From a virus (taxonomy: Duplodnaviria > Caudoviricetes), in IMG/VR virus record IMGVR_UViG_3300032312_001354, positions 1 to 38,767 of that record: DNA of 38,767 nt. One strand, given 5' to 3'. Numbering within the stretch: the first letter of the stretch is position 1; every line of letters starts with the position of its first letter. The notes beneath the pieces were generated by a model. The model had not been told where the DNA came from. It saw only the letters and a program-made list of their open reading frames with translations, and ran no database searches. This document shows positions 1 through 8,756 of this stretch, in pieces. The translations under genes were made by a program, and so were the position numbers.

Positions 1-1
1 A

Positions 2-1438
2 ACTACAGATAAAACATTTGATGTAGAAATTTGGTGGTATAACGGTGGGGGACCAGGATCTTATCATCTTGGATGGGGAATACCATATGATTCATCTGGA
101 AGTTTAGGTTGGACTGGTGCAGGATGTGACTATGCTGGAAATCCAAGAGTATGGGGACAAAACTTTAGTTGTAATCTTGATACATTTTCTTCTGGATCTG
201 GACCAACACAAGCACAAACAGATGCTTACAATGAAGCACTTGCAACAAGAAATGCAGCACAACAAGATTATAACAATGCGTTATCAGAATACAATGACAA
301 ATTAAATGTTTATAATCAAGAGGCCGCAACATTAAATTCATTAAATCAAACATTAACTAATAAAGAATCTGAGTATGATAACGCAGTAAATGATACAGCA
401 GATGCTTTGTCTGAAAAGAACAATGCCATAAATGATTTTAACAATGCAGTCAATGATGTTAACAGCGCAATTGATAACGCATGGCGTTACTATGATGAAC
501 AAATGCAGAGAGAAATTCAAAGAGCGATTGCACAGGCTGCAGCAGCAGCCGCAAATCAACCTAAGCCTGAGCCATCTCCAAAGCCAACTGTTGAACCAGA
601 AAAGCCAAAACCCTCTCCGCCACCAACAGAAAAGCCAGACCCAAAGCCAACTAATAATACTGCTACAGAGGAGCCAGGCCCAAAGCCTACACAGCCAGGA
701 CCAAAGCCTACAGAGCCTGGACCTAAACCAGAACCAAAGCCAGAGCCTACTGATAAGCCAAAGCCAGAAGAGCCTAAGCCTACACCTGCCCCAAGCCCTG
801 AGCCAAAGCCAGAGCCTTCTCCAGAGCCTCCTGTTGAGCCTTCTCCAGAGCCTAAACCACTTCCAAGACCAGACTTTAAGCCAGCAGAAAATGTTGATCC
901 AGTTATAAAGGATGCAGAGTTAGCAGCATTGATTCCACAAAAGGGTACAGGAAACTCAGAAGATTTATCTGGAGTTATTGCAAACCTTACAAGCAAGGAT
1001 AATAAGTTAGTTAAACTTTCTGTAGAGCAAACAGCAGCAGTCAGTCAAACACTTAAGTCTTTAACTCAAGAAGCAAAAGAAGAAGTTGCTGCAGACCTTG
1101 GTATCTCAGCAGTTGAAGTTGCAAAGGTAGCAGAGATAATGAAATCAGATCCTGCAGTAGCCTCAGCATTTGTTGAATTTGCAGAAAGAGCAGGGGATGC
1201 AGGAGAAGCACCAATGCCATTTACACTGGCAGATGCAGTGACAGAAGTACAAACAGAAGAATTCTTGGCAGACCCACTTGGTGCAGTATTTGAAGTGGAT
1301 GTTACAGAACTCCTATCTAATTTTTCTGAGTTGGGTATGGACATGACAGATGATCAGAGAGAAAAAGCCCAGGAAGTCATTATCCCAGTAATCATTGTTT
1401 CACAGATTGCAAATGTAATGATTGGGATGAGGAGGTAA
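2..1438 (+). CDS. Partial (5'-truncated) surface/virion-type protein: PA14-like domain end, coiled coil, Pro/Glu/Lys-rich linker, acidic domain, C-terminal hydrophobic segment
   Basis: Frame of ORF 407..1438 is open back to base 2 (TTDKTFDVEIWWYNGGGPGSYHLGW...). EIWWYNGGG resembles the PA14 C-terminal motif; heptad-like A/N/Q-rich stretch; PEPKP repeats; IIPVIIVSQIANVMIG at the end. Confidence 0.7.
   Translation, partial: TTDKTFDVEIWWYNGGGPGSYHLGWGIPYDSSGSLGWTGAGCDYAGNPRVWGQNFSCNLDTFSSGSGPTQAQTDAYNEALATRNAAQQDYNNALSEYNDKLNVYNQEAATLNSLNQTLTNKESEYDNAVNDTADALSEKNNAINDFNNAVNDVNSAIDNAWRYYDEQMQREIQRAIAQAAAAAANQPKPEPSPKPTVEPEKPKPSPPPTEKPDPKPTNNTATEEPGPKPTQPGPKPTEPGPKPEPKPEPTDKPKPEEPKPTPAPSPEPKPEPSPEPPVEPSPEPKPLPRPDFKPAENVDPVIKDAELAALIPQKGTGNSEDLSGVIANLTSKDNKLVKLSVEQTAAVSQTLKSLTQEAKEEVAADLGISAVEVAKVAEIMKSDPAVASAFVEFAERAGDAGEAPMPFTLADAVTEVQTEEFLADPLGAVFEVDVTELLSNFSELGMDMTDDQREKAQEVIIPVIIVSQIANVMIGMRR
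558..880 (+). repeat. Low-complexity coding repeats (PEPKP/PKPTEPG/PEPSPEP)
   Basis: Repeated ccaaagcc/gagcct units encoding a Pro-rich linker. Confidence 0.85.
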
Positions 1439-1439
1439 T

Positions 1440-1646
1440 ATGAAAATAATAACAAAGGTTGTGAAGGGATTCTTCACATGGCTAAAAGATGCAGGGGTGG
1501 AGATAATCGCACAAGCCTTTACCCTCCTTGGCTTCTTTATAGCATGGCTAACTTTGACGGGATCAGCAAGAGACATTGTTGGTATTGCAGTACTTGCAAC
1601 AACAGTAATCTGGCTAATTACAATCCCACTAAGAAAGGAGGACTAA
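1440..1646 (+). CDS. Small two-TM membrane protein
   Basis: SD gaggagg upstream; two hydrophobic helices. Confidence 0.75.
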   Translation: MKIITKVVKGFFTWLKDAGVEIIAQAFTLLGFFIAWLTLTGSARDIVGIAVLATTVIWLITIPLRKED

Positions 1647-1647
1647 A

Positions 1648-1935
1648 ATGGCGACTAGAAAAAAGGTAGTAGAACCTCCTAAGAAGGAGCACCCACAAAA
1701 GGCAATCACTAATATCTTGATGAGAATCGTAGCAGTCTTCGCAGCATCTGGACTATCAGTACTTGGTGCTGGAGCAGTTGTAGGAATTGACACTATGCAG
1801 GCAGTATTACTAGCAGGACTATTAGGCGTAGCAACAGTCATTGAAAGACTGGCAAGGGCTTTTTTGGACGATGGAAAACTCACATTGACAGAAATCAATG
1901 ATGCGTTTAAGACGGTAGACAAAAAGGCTAATTAG
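1648..1935 (+). CDS. Small two-TM membrane protein, holin-like
   Basis: SD aaggagg; two hydrophobic helices and a charged C-terminus; holin function is inferred only. Confidence 0.65.
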   Translation: MATRKKVVEPPKKEHPQKAITNILMRIVAVFAASGLSVLGAGAVVGIDTMQAVLLAGLLGVATVIERLARAFLDDGKLTLTEINDAFKTVDKKAN

Positions 1936-1951
1936 TCATTATTGACGGTAG

Positions 1952-2007
1952 TTGACAGCCCTCTCTGGGCAATGGTATACTTGAGTATAACCTATCTGGA
2001 GAGGGCT
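1952..2007 (+). promoter_or_regulatory. Sigma-A-type promoter overlapped by an inverted repeat
   Basis: TTGACA 1952-1957, TG-G-TATACT -10 at 1976-1981; AGCCCTCTCTGG 1957-1968 pairs with CTGGAGAGGGCT 1996-2007. Confidence 0.6.
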
Positions 2008-2014
2008 TCTACCT

Positions 2015-2539
2015 GTGACTTGCATTGCCGTTGTAAAACATGAAGACAAAATCTATATGGCTGGAGATCGTGGAGCATCAGATGATGGCACCATTTTAGC
2101 ACTTGAAGCACCAAAGGTTTGGAAGATAGGTCCATACTTAATTGGATATGCAGGTGCAATGGACGGAGAAAGAATTCGTTATAACTTTAAGCCAACTGCT
2201 CCTAACATTAAAGACACAGACAGATTTATGCAGACAAAGTTTGTTAAAGAGTTAAAAGAATTTTACAATGAGTTTTGGGTAGACACATCTAAAGATGGAG
2301 ATCTTGGTTTGATTATTGCAGTTCGTGGTCAAATCTATGAGCACAGTTCTGCTGACATGTCTTTATCTAAGTATACACTTCCATACCTTGCTATGGGTTC
2401 AGGAGCAGAGTATGCATACGGTGTTTTGTATGCAACAGATAAACAAAAAAATGCAAGGAATAGAGTGATGCAAGCAGTTAATGCTGCAATTAAATTTAAT
2501 CCATCATGCATGGGTCCAGTTGACATTGTCAGTCTTTAG
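2015..2539 (+). CDS. Ntn-hydrolase, proteasome beta/HslV-like peptidase
   Basis: N-terminal (M)TCIAV with Thr nucleophile, AGD.GAS, K in PKVWK, LAMGSGAEYAYG motif. Confidence 0.75.
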   Translation: MTCIAVVKHEDKIYMAGDRGASDDGTILALEAPKVWKIGPYLIGYAGAMDGERIRYNFKPTAPNIKDTDRFMQTKFVKELKEFYNEFWVDTSKDGDLGLIIAVRGQIYEHSSADMSLSKYTLPYLAMGSGAEYAYGVLYATDKQKNARNRVMQAVNAAIKFNPSCMGPVDIVSL

Positions 2540-2554
2540 TAGTATACTAAACAT

Positions 2555-2773
2555 ATGAACGAAGAATTTGAAGAGATCCTAAAGGACATTCAGAATATAG
2601 AGTCAAATTTTGATGAGTTTGAGATTTGGCTTGAAAACGGAATTGAACGGGGATGGGTAACTGAACCGTTCTGTAATACTCATGAGGGTGATCCCTACAT
2701 GACAGATGAAGAACAAAAAGAATGGGAAGAGGGCGGAGACCCCTGCCAAGTAGTTTTAAAAATCAAACAATAA
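2555..2773 (+). CDS. Acidic hypothetical phage protein
   Basis: ORF with TATACT 6 nt upstream of the ATG; C..H and EEGGDPC motifs. Confidence 0.7.
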   Translation: MNEEFEEILKDIQNIESNFDEFEIWLENGIERGWVTEPFCNTHEGDPYMTDEEQKEWEEGGDPCQVVLKIKQ

Positions 2774-2798
2774 AAACAACAAAAAGAAAAGGTATAAA

Positions 2799-3611
2799 AT
2801 GAAAAAGATCGTAGCACTACTAGCAGTATTGTTTTCAGTAATTGTTCCAGTTCAATCACAAGCAGCACCAGGTGAAAGAATTGTTATCATTGATAGTTAT
2901 TTTGATAAGTCAAAGATCACTGGGTCAGTCGAGTTTGTATGTCTTGCAAATGATAAGTGTATAAATACACCAACTCCAAAACCAGGACTTGGAAGCGAAG
3001 CAGTAAACCATGGAACGGTTATGGCAAACATTGCTCGCCAACAGAATCCAACTGCCACACTAGTTTTGATTCAGACAGAAGAAGTTTCAATTAACAAGAA
3101 AACCAATGTTGCATCAATATCAACACTTGACGGTTCAGATTTTATCAAGGCTTTGACTTGGGTAAATGCAAACAAATCTTCAGTATCAGCAGTTTCATTT
3201 TCATACAATTTGACAAATTCAAATGCTAAAATTGGTGAATGCAGAATTTCTTCACAAGGTGGTTCAGTTGCAGTAATGGATTCTTCCATTAAGTCTCTAG
3301 TTGCTTCTTTAAAGTCTTCAGGTATTCCAGTTATTGCATCAGCAGGAAACTTTAATAATAAACCTTTACAGTATCCAGCATGTCTTACTGATGTGATTTC
3401 TGTTGGATCTACTGGTCAGCCAACATACCACCAAAATAATGTAAAGATTGTTGCAACAATTGTTACTCCAAACAACACATCAGATATGTATAATGTTTCT
3501 CCATGGATGGGAACTGTACAGTTTAATACTTCTGCAGCAACAATAGCAATTGCTTCAAACTGGAAGTCTATTCCAGCAGGTAGCACTAACGTAAAAATTC
3601 TATCTAACTGA
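2799..3611 (+). CDS. Secreted subtilisin-like (S8) serine protease
   Basis: Signal peptide ending SQA; IVIIDS (Asp), NHGT (His), ASAGN (oxyanion Asn), YPA, NTSAA (Ser). Confidence 0.75.
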   Translation: MKKIVALLAVLFSVIVPVQSQAAPGERIVIIDSYFDKSKITGSVEFVCLANDKCINTPTPKPGLGSEAVNHGTVMANIARQQNPTATLVLIQTEEVSINKKTNVASISTLDGSDFIKALTWVNANKSSVSAVSFSYNLTNSNAKIGECRISSQGGSVAVMDSSIKSLVASLKSSGIPVIASAGNFNNKPLQYPACLTDVISVGSTGQPTYHQNNVKIVATIVTPNNTSDMYNVSPWMGTVQFNTSAATIAIASNWKSIPAGSTNVKILSN

Positions 3612-3619
3612 TAGAATGG

Positions 3620-3692
3620 TGGGGTGTAACTCAGATGGAAGAGTGCCGAACTGTTAATTCGGATGTCGCAGGATCGATGCCTGCCACCTCAG
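3620..3692 (+). tRNA. tRNA-Asn(GUU)
   Basis: Cloverleaf: acceptor TGGGGTG/CACCTCA, anticodon arm CCGAA-CTGTTAA-TTCGG, T arm GCAGG-ATCGATG-CCTGC, discriminator G. Confidence 0.85.
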
Positions 3693-4300
3693 CAAACAAT
3701 GCAAAGGATATTCTTGTTGTAGGATATCCAAGATGTGGGGAACGTTTTTTATCATACAACTACGGACAACTTACAGGAACAATGGCAGAAATAAGTCATG
3801 ATATTAACACTATTAATAATTATGATGGCCCAGTCGTTTGCATAGTAAGATACCCAGTTGACTCTTTGGCTTCTTCTTTAGCCATGGGGCTTTATGTCAA
3901 CAATGTTTCATACAATGAATTAAACAAAAACGCAATACAAAGTTCAATTAAAACCTACATTGAATTTTGTAGCAATATTTTAACTAAAGACAATGTTGTT
4001 TTCGTTTCATTTGAAGATGTAATTAAAAACACTGTGTCAGTTATAAAATATTTGTCATATACCTTTGACAATAAATACAAATACAAAAAACTAACAACAC
4101 AAGAAGAAATTTTTAAACTTTCTCCAAAAGAAAGTGGATACATTTCAACATCTAAAAATTTGCCTAATTATAAAACAATATATGAAGATTTTAAATTAGA
4201 AGACTTGTCAAATGTTTATGATCTTTATAATAAATTGATAGATAGGTGTATAATAGTAGATGAGTATGAATGGATAGACTGGACAGGTTCACATGGATAA
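3677..4300 (+). CDS. Sulfotransferase-fold protein (paralog 1); start uncertain
   Basis: GYPRCG (5'-PSB-like loop), IVRYPVDSLAS (3'-PB-like), SFEDVI; nearest upstream ATG lies in the tRNA T-loop. Confidence 0.6.
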   Translation: MPATSANNAKDILVVGYPRCGERFLSYNYGQLTGTMAEISHDINTINNYDGPVVCIVRYPVDSLASSLAMGLYVNNVSYNELNKNAIQSSIKTYIEFCSNILTKDNVVFVSFEDVIKNTVSVIKYLSYTFDNKYKYKKLTTQEEIFKLSPKESGYISTSKNLPNYKTIYEDFKLEDLSNVYDLYNKLIDRCIIVDEYEWIDWTGSHG

Positions 4301-4967
4301 GCCACAAATGTTTCATAGCACAGACTATGATTTTGATATATGGTATAAAACAAAGGACCCAATATTTTCAGATATAAGTTTAAAGTCTAGATTGCCAAGA
4401 AAGTGGGTAGCATATCATCCAGTTCGTGTTGGTACCTATTCTGATAGCATTTTAAAACCAATTAACCAATACGTTCAGGCTCTTGTTCCTCCACCAAAAC
4501 TAGTTAAAATTGATGGCAATACTATAAGACTAAGGCAAGGAAACCATGCAGAGTTTTTTTTATTAGAAAAAAATGACGGTAGTTTTAGGAACATTGATCG
4601 ACCATGGATGAGGCAATACTATAATACAGAAGAAAGCCATATTCCTATGTCTGGTTGCTTCCCTGGCACCTTCAAATTTTATGCTCCATGGTTTTTAGAT
4701 GAAGACAATATTGTGGTTAGATATGAGGTGCCAGATGCAGAAACACCATTTTACATATATCCTAAAGAATTTATATCAAGCAAGGCTGGAGTTGATTTAA
4801 TTTATAAAGAACCAGACTTTGTGTCTTTTCATTTTAAAAGAATTGGGCCTCACATGCAAACTGATAAATTTGGCAAAATTAAAAGACAACAGCCTATGTA
4901 TGACATGGTTTTTGAAGCAGATGATATAATGGTACAGAGAGTTAGGAAGTTTTATGAACAAGATTAG
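4293..4967 (+). CDS. Hypothetical protein
   Basis: 224-aa ORF overlapping both neighbours in an operon-like run. Confidence 0.7.
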   Translation: MDKPQMFHSTDYDFDIWYKTKDPIFSDISLKSRLPRKWVAYHPVRVGTYSDSILKPINQYVQALVPPPKLVKIDGNTIRLRQGNHAEFFLLEKNDGSFRNIDRPWMRQYYNTEESHIPMSGCFPGTFKFYAPWFLDEDNIVVRYEVPDAETPFYIYPKEFISSKAGVDLIYKEPDFVSFHFKRIGPHMQTDKFGKIKRQQPMYDMVFEADDIMVQRVRKFYEQD

Positions 4968-5676
4968 TTTTTATCCTTTCAATGATAAGACTGAGCAGTT
5001 TGCACCAGCACCAATACCTGCTACAAAAGCAGTTCCAGATTGGTATAAAAGACAGCCAGGAACAATAGATGAAGAAACATTTATGAAGAGTGGACAAACT
5101 TCTTCTACAGTAAAAAGATGCATGCCTATATTTGATTTTATGACTGCTGGCTACATAATATCTATGCCATGCGATATCCATATTGATGCAACAAATCCAG
5201 ACAAAATTGAATGGTCTGTTCCAATTTCAATGAAAAGTTTTGGATCAGACATGGTAGCGTCCCATGCTCGTGAGCAGTATGATCATTACCCTATTGATAA
5301 AGATAGGTATCACAGAGATCTGTTTAGAATTATGCCTTTTTGGTCTGTAAAAACTCCTGAAGGTTATAGCACAATGTTTACACAGCCAGTTCATAAAGAC
5401 CCAACTCCGTTGTTTGCAATAGGTGGCTTAGTTGACACTGATAATTTTATTACAGATGGTCACCTTTCATTCCTTGTTCAAAAAAACTTTGTTGGAGTTA
5501 TAAAGCAAGGTACGCCTTTAGTTCAAGTTATTCCATTTAAGCGTGATGATTGGGAGATGGAACTTGTAGATCCAACAATTGCGGTAAAAGAAGTTCAAAA
5601 ACAAAGACTAGCACTAAGAAGCACATTTGTAAATGGCTATAGAAATAAGATGAGGGCTATAAAAGAGTGGAGATAA
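4954..5676 (+). CDS. DUF6065-like protein
   Basis: PDWYK, TVKRCMPIFD..TAGY, W..KTPEGYS..F.QP, G..DTD, GTPLVQVIPFKR. Confidence 0.6.
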   Translation: MNKISFYPFNDKTEQFAPAPIPATKAVPDWYKRQPGTIDEETFMKSGQTSSTVKRCMPIFDFMTAGYIISMPCDIHIDATNPDKIEWSVPISMKSFGSDMVASHAREQYDHYPIDKDRYHRDLFRIMPFWSVKTPEGYSTMFTQPVHKDPTPLFAIGGLVDTDNFITDGHLSFLVQKNFVGVIKQGTPLVQVIPFKRDDWEMELVDPTIAVKEVQKQRLALRSTFVNGYRNKMRAIKEWR

Positions 5677-6443
5677 ACGACCCGCTAGTAATTAAGTTTA
5701 CTCCAGGATTTACTGGTCATGGTGGAAGACTTACTGCACCAGTTCCAGGTGTTTCAAATGTTCCAGAATGGTATAGAAGTCTTTCAAGATTTAACATGTC
5801 TAATGACGACATAACTCTTGGAGTTAACAATAACATAGGAACAGATGGTGCTATGGTTGCAACAAAAATGTGTATGCCATTTTTTGATGCTTTAACTGGT
5901 GGATATCATTATGTTCTTGAGGATGATTTATATGTAGATATGGACACAGATGGTAAGCCAATATTGTCGTGGGGTGGAGAAGTAATGCTAGTCGATAAGA
6001 GACCAACAATAGAACTTCCAGTTCCAGATAACTGCCACCCAATTCACTATGGATGGAGAATGAATTGGTATTATGAAACACCACCTGGATATTCTGTACT
6101 AATAACTCATCCAATGAATAGATTTGATCTGCCATTTTACACTATGTCTGGAATAGTAGAGTCTGATATTTGGGGCTTGCCAGTATTTACTGCATTTTTT
6201 TTAAAAAGAAATTTTATTGGCCTTATTCCAAAAGGAACACCATTGTTTCAGATAATTCCATTTAAACGTGAAAGTTGGCAACTGGAAGAGGTAGAATCTG
6301 TAGATGAATTAAACAGGCACGAACTAATGGCAGAGAATAGAAGATCTAGACTTTATGGCTATTACAAAGAGACAGCATGGCGTAAAAAAATATTTGGATT
6401 AAAAAATAAAAATATAAAGGACGTTAACCATGACGATGAATAA
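5667..6443 (+). CDS. DUF6065-like protein, tandem paralog of 4954..5676
   Basis: PEWYR, TKMCMPFFDA..GY, W..ETPPGYS.L..HP.N, GTPLFQIIPFKRE; GTG start. Confidence 0.6.
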   Translation: MEINDPLVIKFTPGFTGHGGRLTAPVPGVSNVPEWYRSLSRFNMSNDDITLGVNNNIGTDGAMVATKMCMPFFDALTGGYHYVLEDDLYVDMDTDGKPILSWGGEVMLVDKRPTIELPVPDNCHPIHYGWRMNWYYETPPGYSVLITHPMNRFDLPFYTMSGIVESDIWGLPVFTAFFLKRNFIGLIPKGTPLFQIIPFKRESWQLEEVESVDELNRHELMAENRRSRLYGYYKETAWRKKIFGLKNKNIKDVNHDDE

Positions 6444-7302
6444 TATATCTGTTATTGTGTATTCTTATAAAGGAAAACTACTTAAAGATGTTGTGGATAG
6501 AATTTTAGTAAACTCAAGCGGTCAAAGTAATGTGCATGTAAAGATAGTTGATCAACACCCACTAAAAAGGAATGAAGCATTTGAAAAAAATCTGTCTTGT
6601 GTTTATACTCATATATTTTGGGATTGGCAAATAAGCCCAATCAGTTATAAAAAAACCATGCTTCATGCTACAAATGAAAAATATACTTTATTTATTTCAG
6701 ACAACGTATTTGTTGAAAAAAACTGGGATATGATTTTGGTTGATTTTGTTAAAGACTCTAACAAAATTGTTTCAGGAAAATATAAGTTGCAATTAGAAAA
6801 AGATGGACATTTTTTTATTAATAAAAATCGTAGTCGTGTAGATGAGTTTGAACTTACACAGTTTGTAGACAGAGGCTTTGTTTTTGGAAAGACTGAAAAT
6901 TTTCTTAAGGAAAAAGTTCTTCCAGAATATTTAAAATATAATGGTGAAGAAGAGTCTATGTCTATAGAACTTTTTACTAATGGTTGTGATATTTTTGCTG
7001 CCCCATCATCTATATATAATCAAATTGGGGAAAATAATTTAGAGCAATTGTACGTTCCATTTTCTTTAAATCATAACTACAACACCTCTATAGATCTTTT
7101 ACAAAAAGGAAATAACATATTTTCATCAGTAGAAGGAAGAACTAGATCATTTAAAGAGTTTGATATGTTTCACAATAACATATTTAAATCATTACACAGG
7201 TTGCCATTTCCTACTAATGATGTAGATTACGATCCTATGGATCTTAATTTTAACTCTGTTGACGCAAGAAGATATGTAGCAAAAACCAAAGCAATTCACT
7301 AG
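6430..7302 (+). CDS. GT-A glycosyltransferase resembling GT60/Gnt1 (hydroxyproline GlcNAc-transferase-like)
   Basis: ISVIVYSYKG..L, EKYTLFISDNVF..NWD..L, GFVFG, YNGEE..MS..LFT.G.DIFAP follow the Gnt1-family motif order. Confidence 0.55.
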   Translation: MTMNNISVIVYSYKGKLLKDVVDRILVNSSGQSNVHVKIVDQHPLKRNEAFEKNLSCVYTHIFWDWQISPISYKKTMLHATNEKYTLFISDNVFVEKNWDMILVDFVKDSNKIVSGKYKLQLEKDGHFFINKNRSRVDEFELTQFVDRGFVFGKTENFLKEKVLPEYLKYNGEEESMSIELFTNGCDIFAAPSSIYNQIGENNLEQLYVPFSLNHNYNTSIDLLQKGNNIFSSVEGRTRSFKEFDMFHNNIFKSLHRLPFPTNDVDYDPMDLNFNSVDARRYVAKTKAIH

Positions 7303-7328
7303 TGGTATAATTATATAAAGGAGTAAAA

Positions 7329-8012
7329 ATGACAGACACAACATTGCCAGAACGAAGAAGTACCATGCTTGAAAATAGTGGACATAGAATCCATATTATC
7401 GAAAACTTCATCACACCAGAAGATGCACAGGTACTAATAAATGAACAAAGAAACCCATCTGCAACAAATCCTTATCCAGAATATTACAAGGAAAGATTTG
7501 GTGGAACTGCTTTTCCTTATAACAGTATAGTTATGAATATTTTAAAAAAATATGGAGAAAAATCAAATGAAGTTCATAAAAAACAAAATGGATTTTTAAA
7601 TGACATATATGTTTTTAAGGCTTTTGGTTCCTGGTGGACAGAAGGTACAAAAGGCGACCTGCATATTGATGCACAAGATCCAGAGCCATTTATTGAGTGG
7701 AGTACAATAATTTATCTAAATGGTGAGCCACTTAATCCAGATGAACATGTAGACGAAAGTTTAAAGTATACTGGTGGAAGAATTTATTTTCCAAATCAAG
7801 ACTTTGTCTATCAACCAAAAAGATATTCTGCTGTGTTCTTTCCAAGTGCTGGTACAGAATATATTCATGGAATTACAAAAGTGTTGACTGGCAATAGACA
7901 CACCGCATTGTATATGCATACAAGTTTACCAAATCATGCGGATCCAGATTTCTTATTAGAAGGAACTGTACCAAAATGGAAGGCTGTAGGTTACCCACTA
8001 AGAAATGAATAA
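7329..8012 (+). CDS. 2OG-Fe(II) oxygenase, prolyl 4-hydroxylase-like
   Basis: IENFIT, HID (HxD), IIYLN, GG.I.F, FFPS, distal His YIHG, Arg in GNRH. Confidence 0.85.
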   Translation: MTDTTLPERRSTMLENSGHRIHIIENFITPEDAQVLINEQRNPSATNPYPEYYKERFGGTAFPYNSIVMNILKKYGEKSNEVHKKQNGFLNDIYVFKAFGSWWTEGTKGDLHIDAQDPEPFIEWSTIIYLNGEPLNPDEHVDESLKYTGGRIYFPNQDFVYQPKRYSAVFFPSAGTEYIHGITKVLTGNRHTALYMHTSLPNHADPDFLLEGTVPKWKAVGYPLRNE

Positions 8013-8667
8013 GTATGAAATATTAGATCTTGGAATGGTTTACTATAGAGACATCATTAAAGATCCTCAAGGACTAATTAATAAAATTGAGGAACTTGAT
8101 AGTAGATATGCTAATGATAAGCCAGGCCATACAGAAACAGTAGTCAAACCTTGGGTGCCATGGAAAAATGAAACTGGTAGGCAAGAAACATTCTGTTTGC
8201 AAAAATTTATACCACAGGTTCAAAATATTTCTCAAAACGATAGATACAGAGAAGAACAAACTTTTATTTCTTCTCAACTATTTGGAGCACTTGATGAAAC
8301 TTTAAAACATTATTCAACAAAAATATATCCATTTGCAGAAAAAAATATTAAATCAAGAGAGCACATGATGCACCTACTCAGATATGATGCCTCTGGATAT
8401 CTTCCAGCACACCAGGATCAAGGCATAAGTTCAAGAGTTCTTTCTGTTCTTCTATATCTTAATGACGACTATGAGGGCGGGGAGATAACATTTCAACATT
8501 CAAATATTACATTTAAGCCTGAGCCAGGAAGTGTTTTATTCTTTCCATCAAACTTTCTATACGTACATGAAGTTGCTGCAGTCACAAAAGGGCCCAGGTA
8601 TGCACTGCCAAACTGGTATCATAATGTGCCACTAGAATTTAAAAGAGACTCTAATGGTGCAGAGTAA
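8005..8667 (+). CDS. 2OG-Fe(II) oxygenase, prolyl 4-hydroxylase-like
   Basis: LRY, HQD, LYLNDDYEGGE..F, FFPSN, YVHEV, GPRY. Confidence 0.9.
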   Translation: MNKYEILDLGMVYYRDIIKDPQGLINKIEELDSRYANDKPGHTETVVKPWVPWKNETGRQETFCLQKFIPQVQNISQNDRYREEQTFISSQLFGALDETLKHYSTKIYPFAEKNIKSREHMMHLLRYDASGYLPAHQDQGISSRVLSVLLYLNDDYEGGEITFQHSNITFKPEPGSVLFFPSNFLYVHEVAAVTKGPRYALPNWYHNVPLEFKRDSNGAE

Positions 8668-8756
8668 TGATATTAAAAATTTATTATATAATTTATAAAT
8701 TTTTAAAATTATTTAAAAAAAAGAAAAACGTTAATAATGAAAAATACATATATTAA
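8667..8756 (+). CDS. Putative 29-aa basic peptide
   Basis: TAATG stop/start coupling; MILKIYYIIYKFLKLFKKKKNVNNEKYIY fills the gap. Confidence 0.4.
   Translation: MILKIYYIIYKFLKLFKKKKNVNNEKYIY

Noticed and set aside
556-996. Gly/Ser-rich reverse-strand ORF and alternate-frame ORFs 117..305 and 432..908
   Set aside because: Shadows of the Pro-rich repeat gene, whose + frame is continuous from the window edge
3635-3676. N-terminal extension of ORF 3635..4300
   Set aside because: Lies inside the tRNA-Asn cloverleaf
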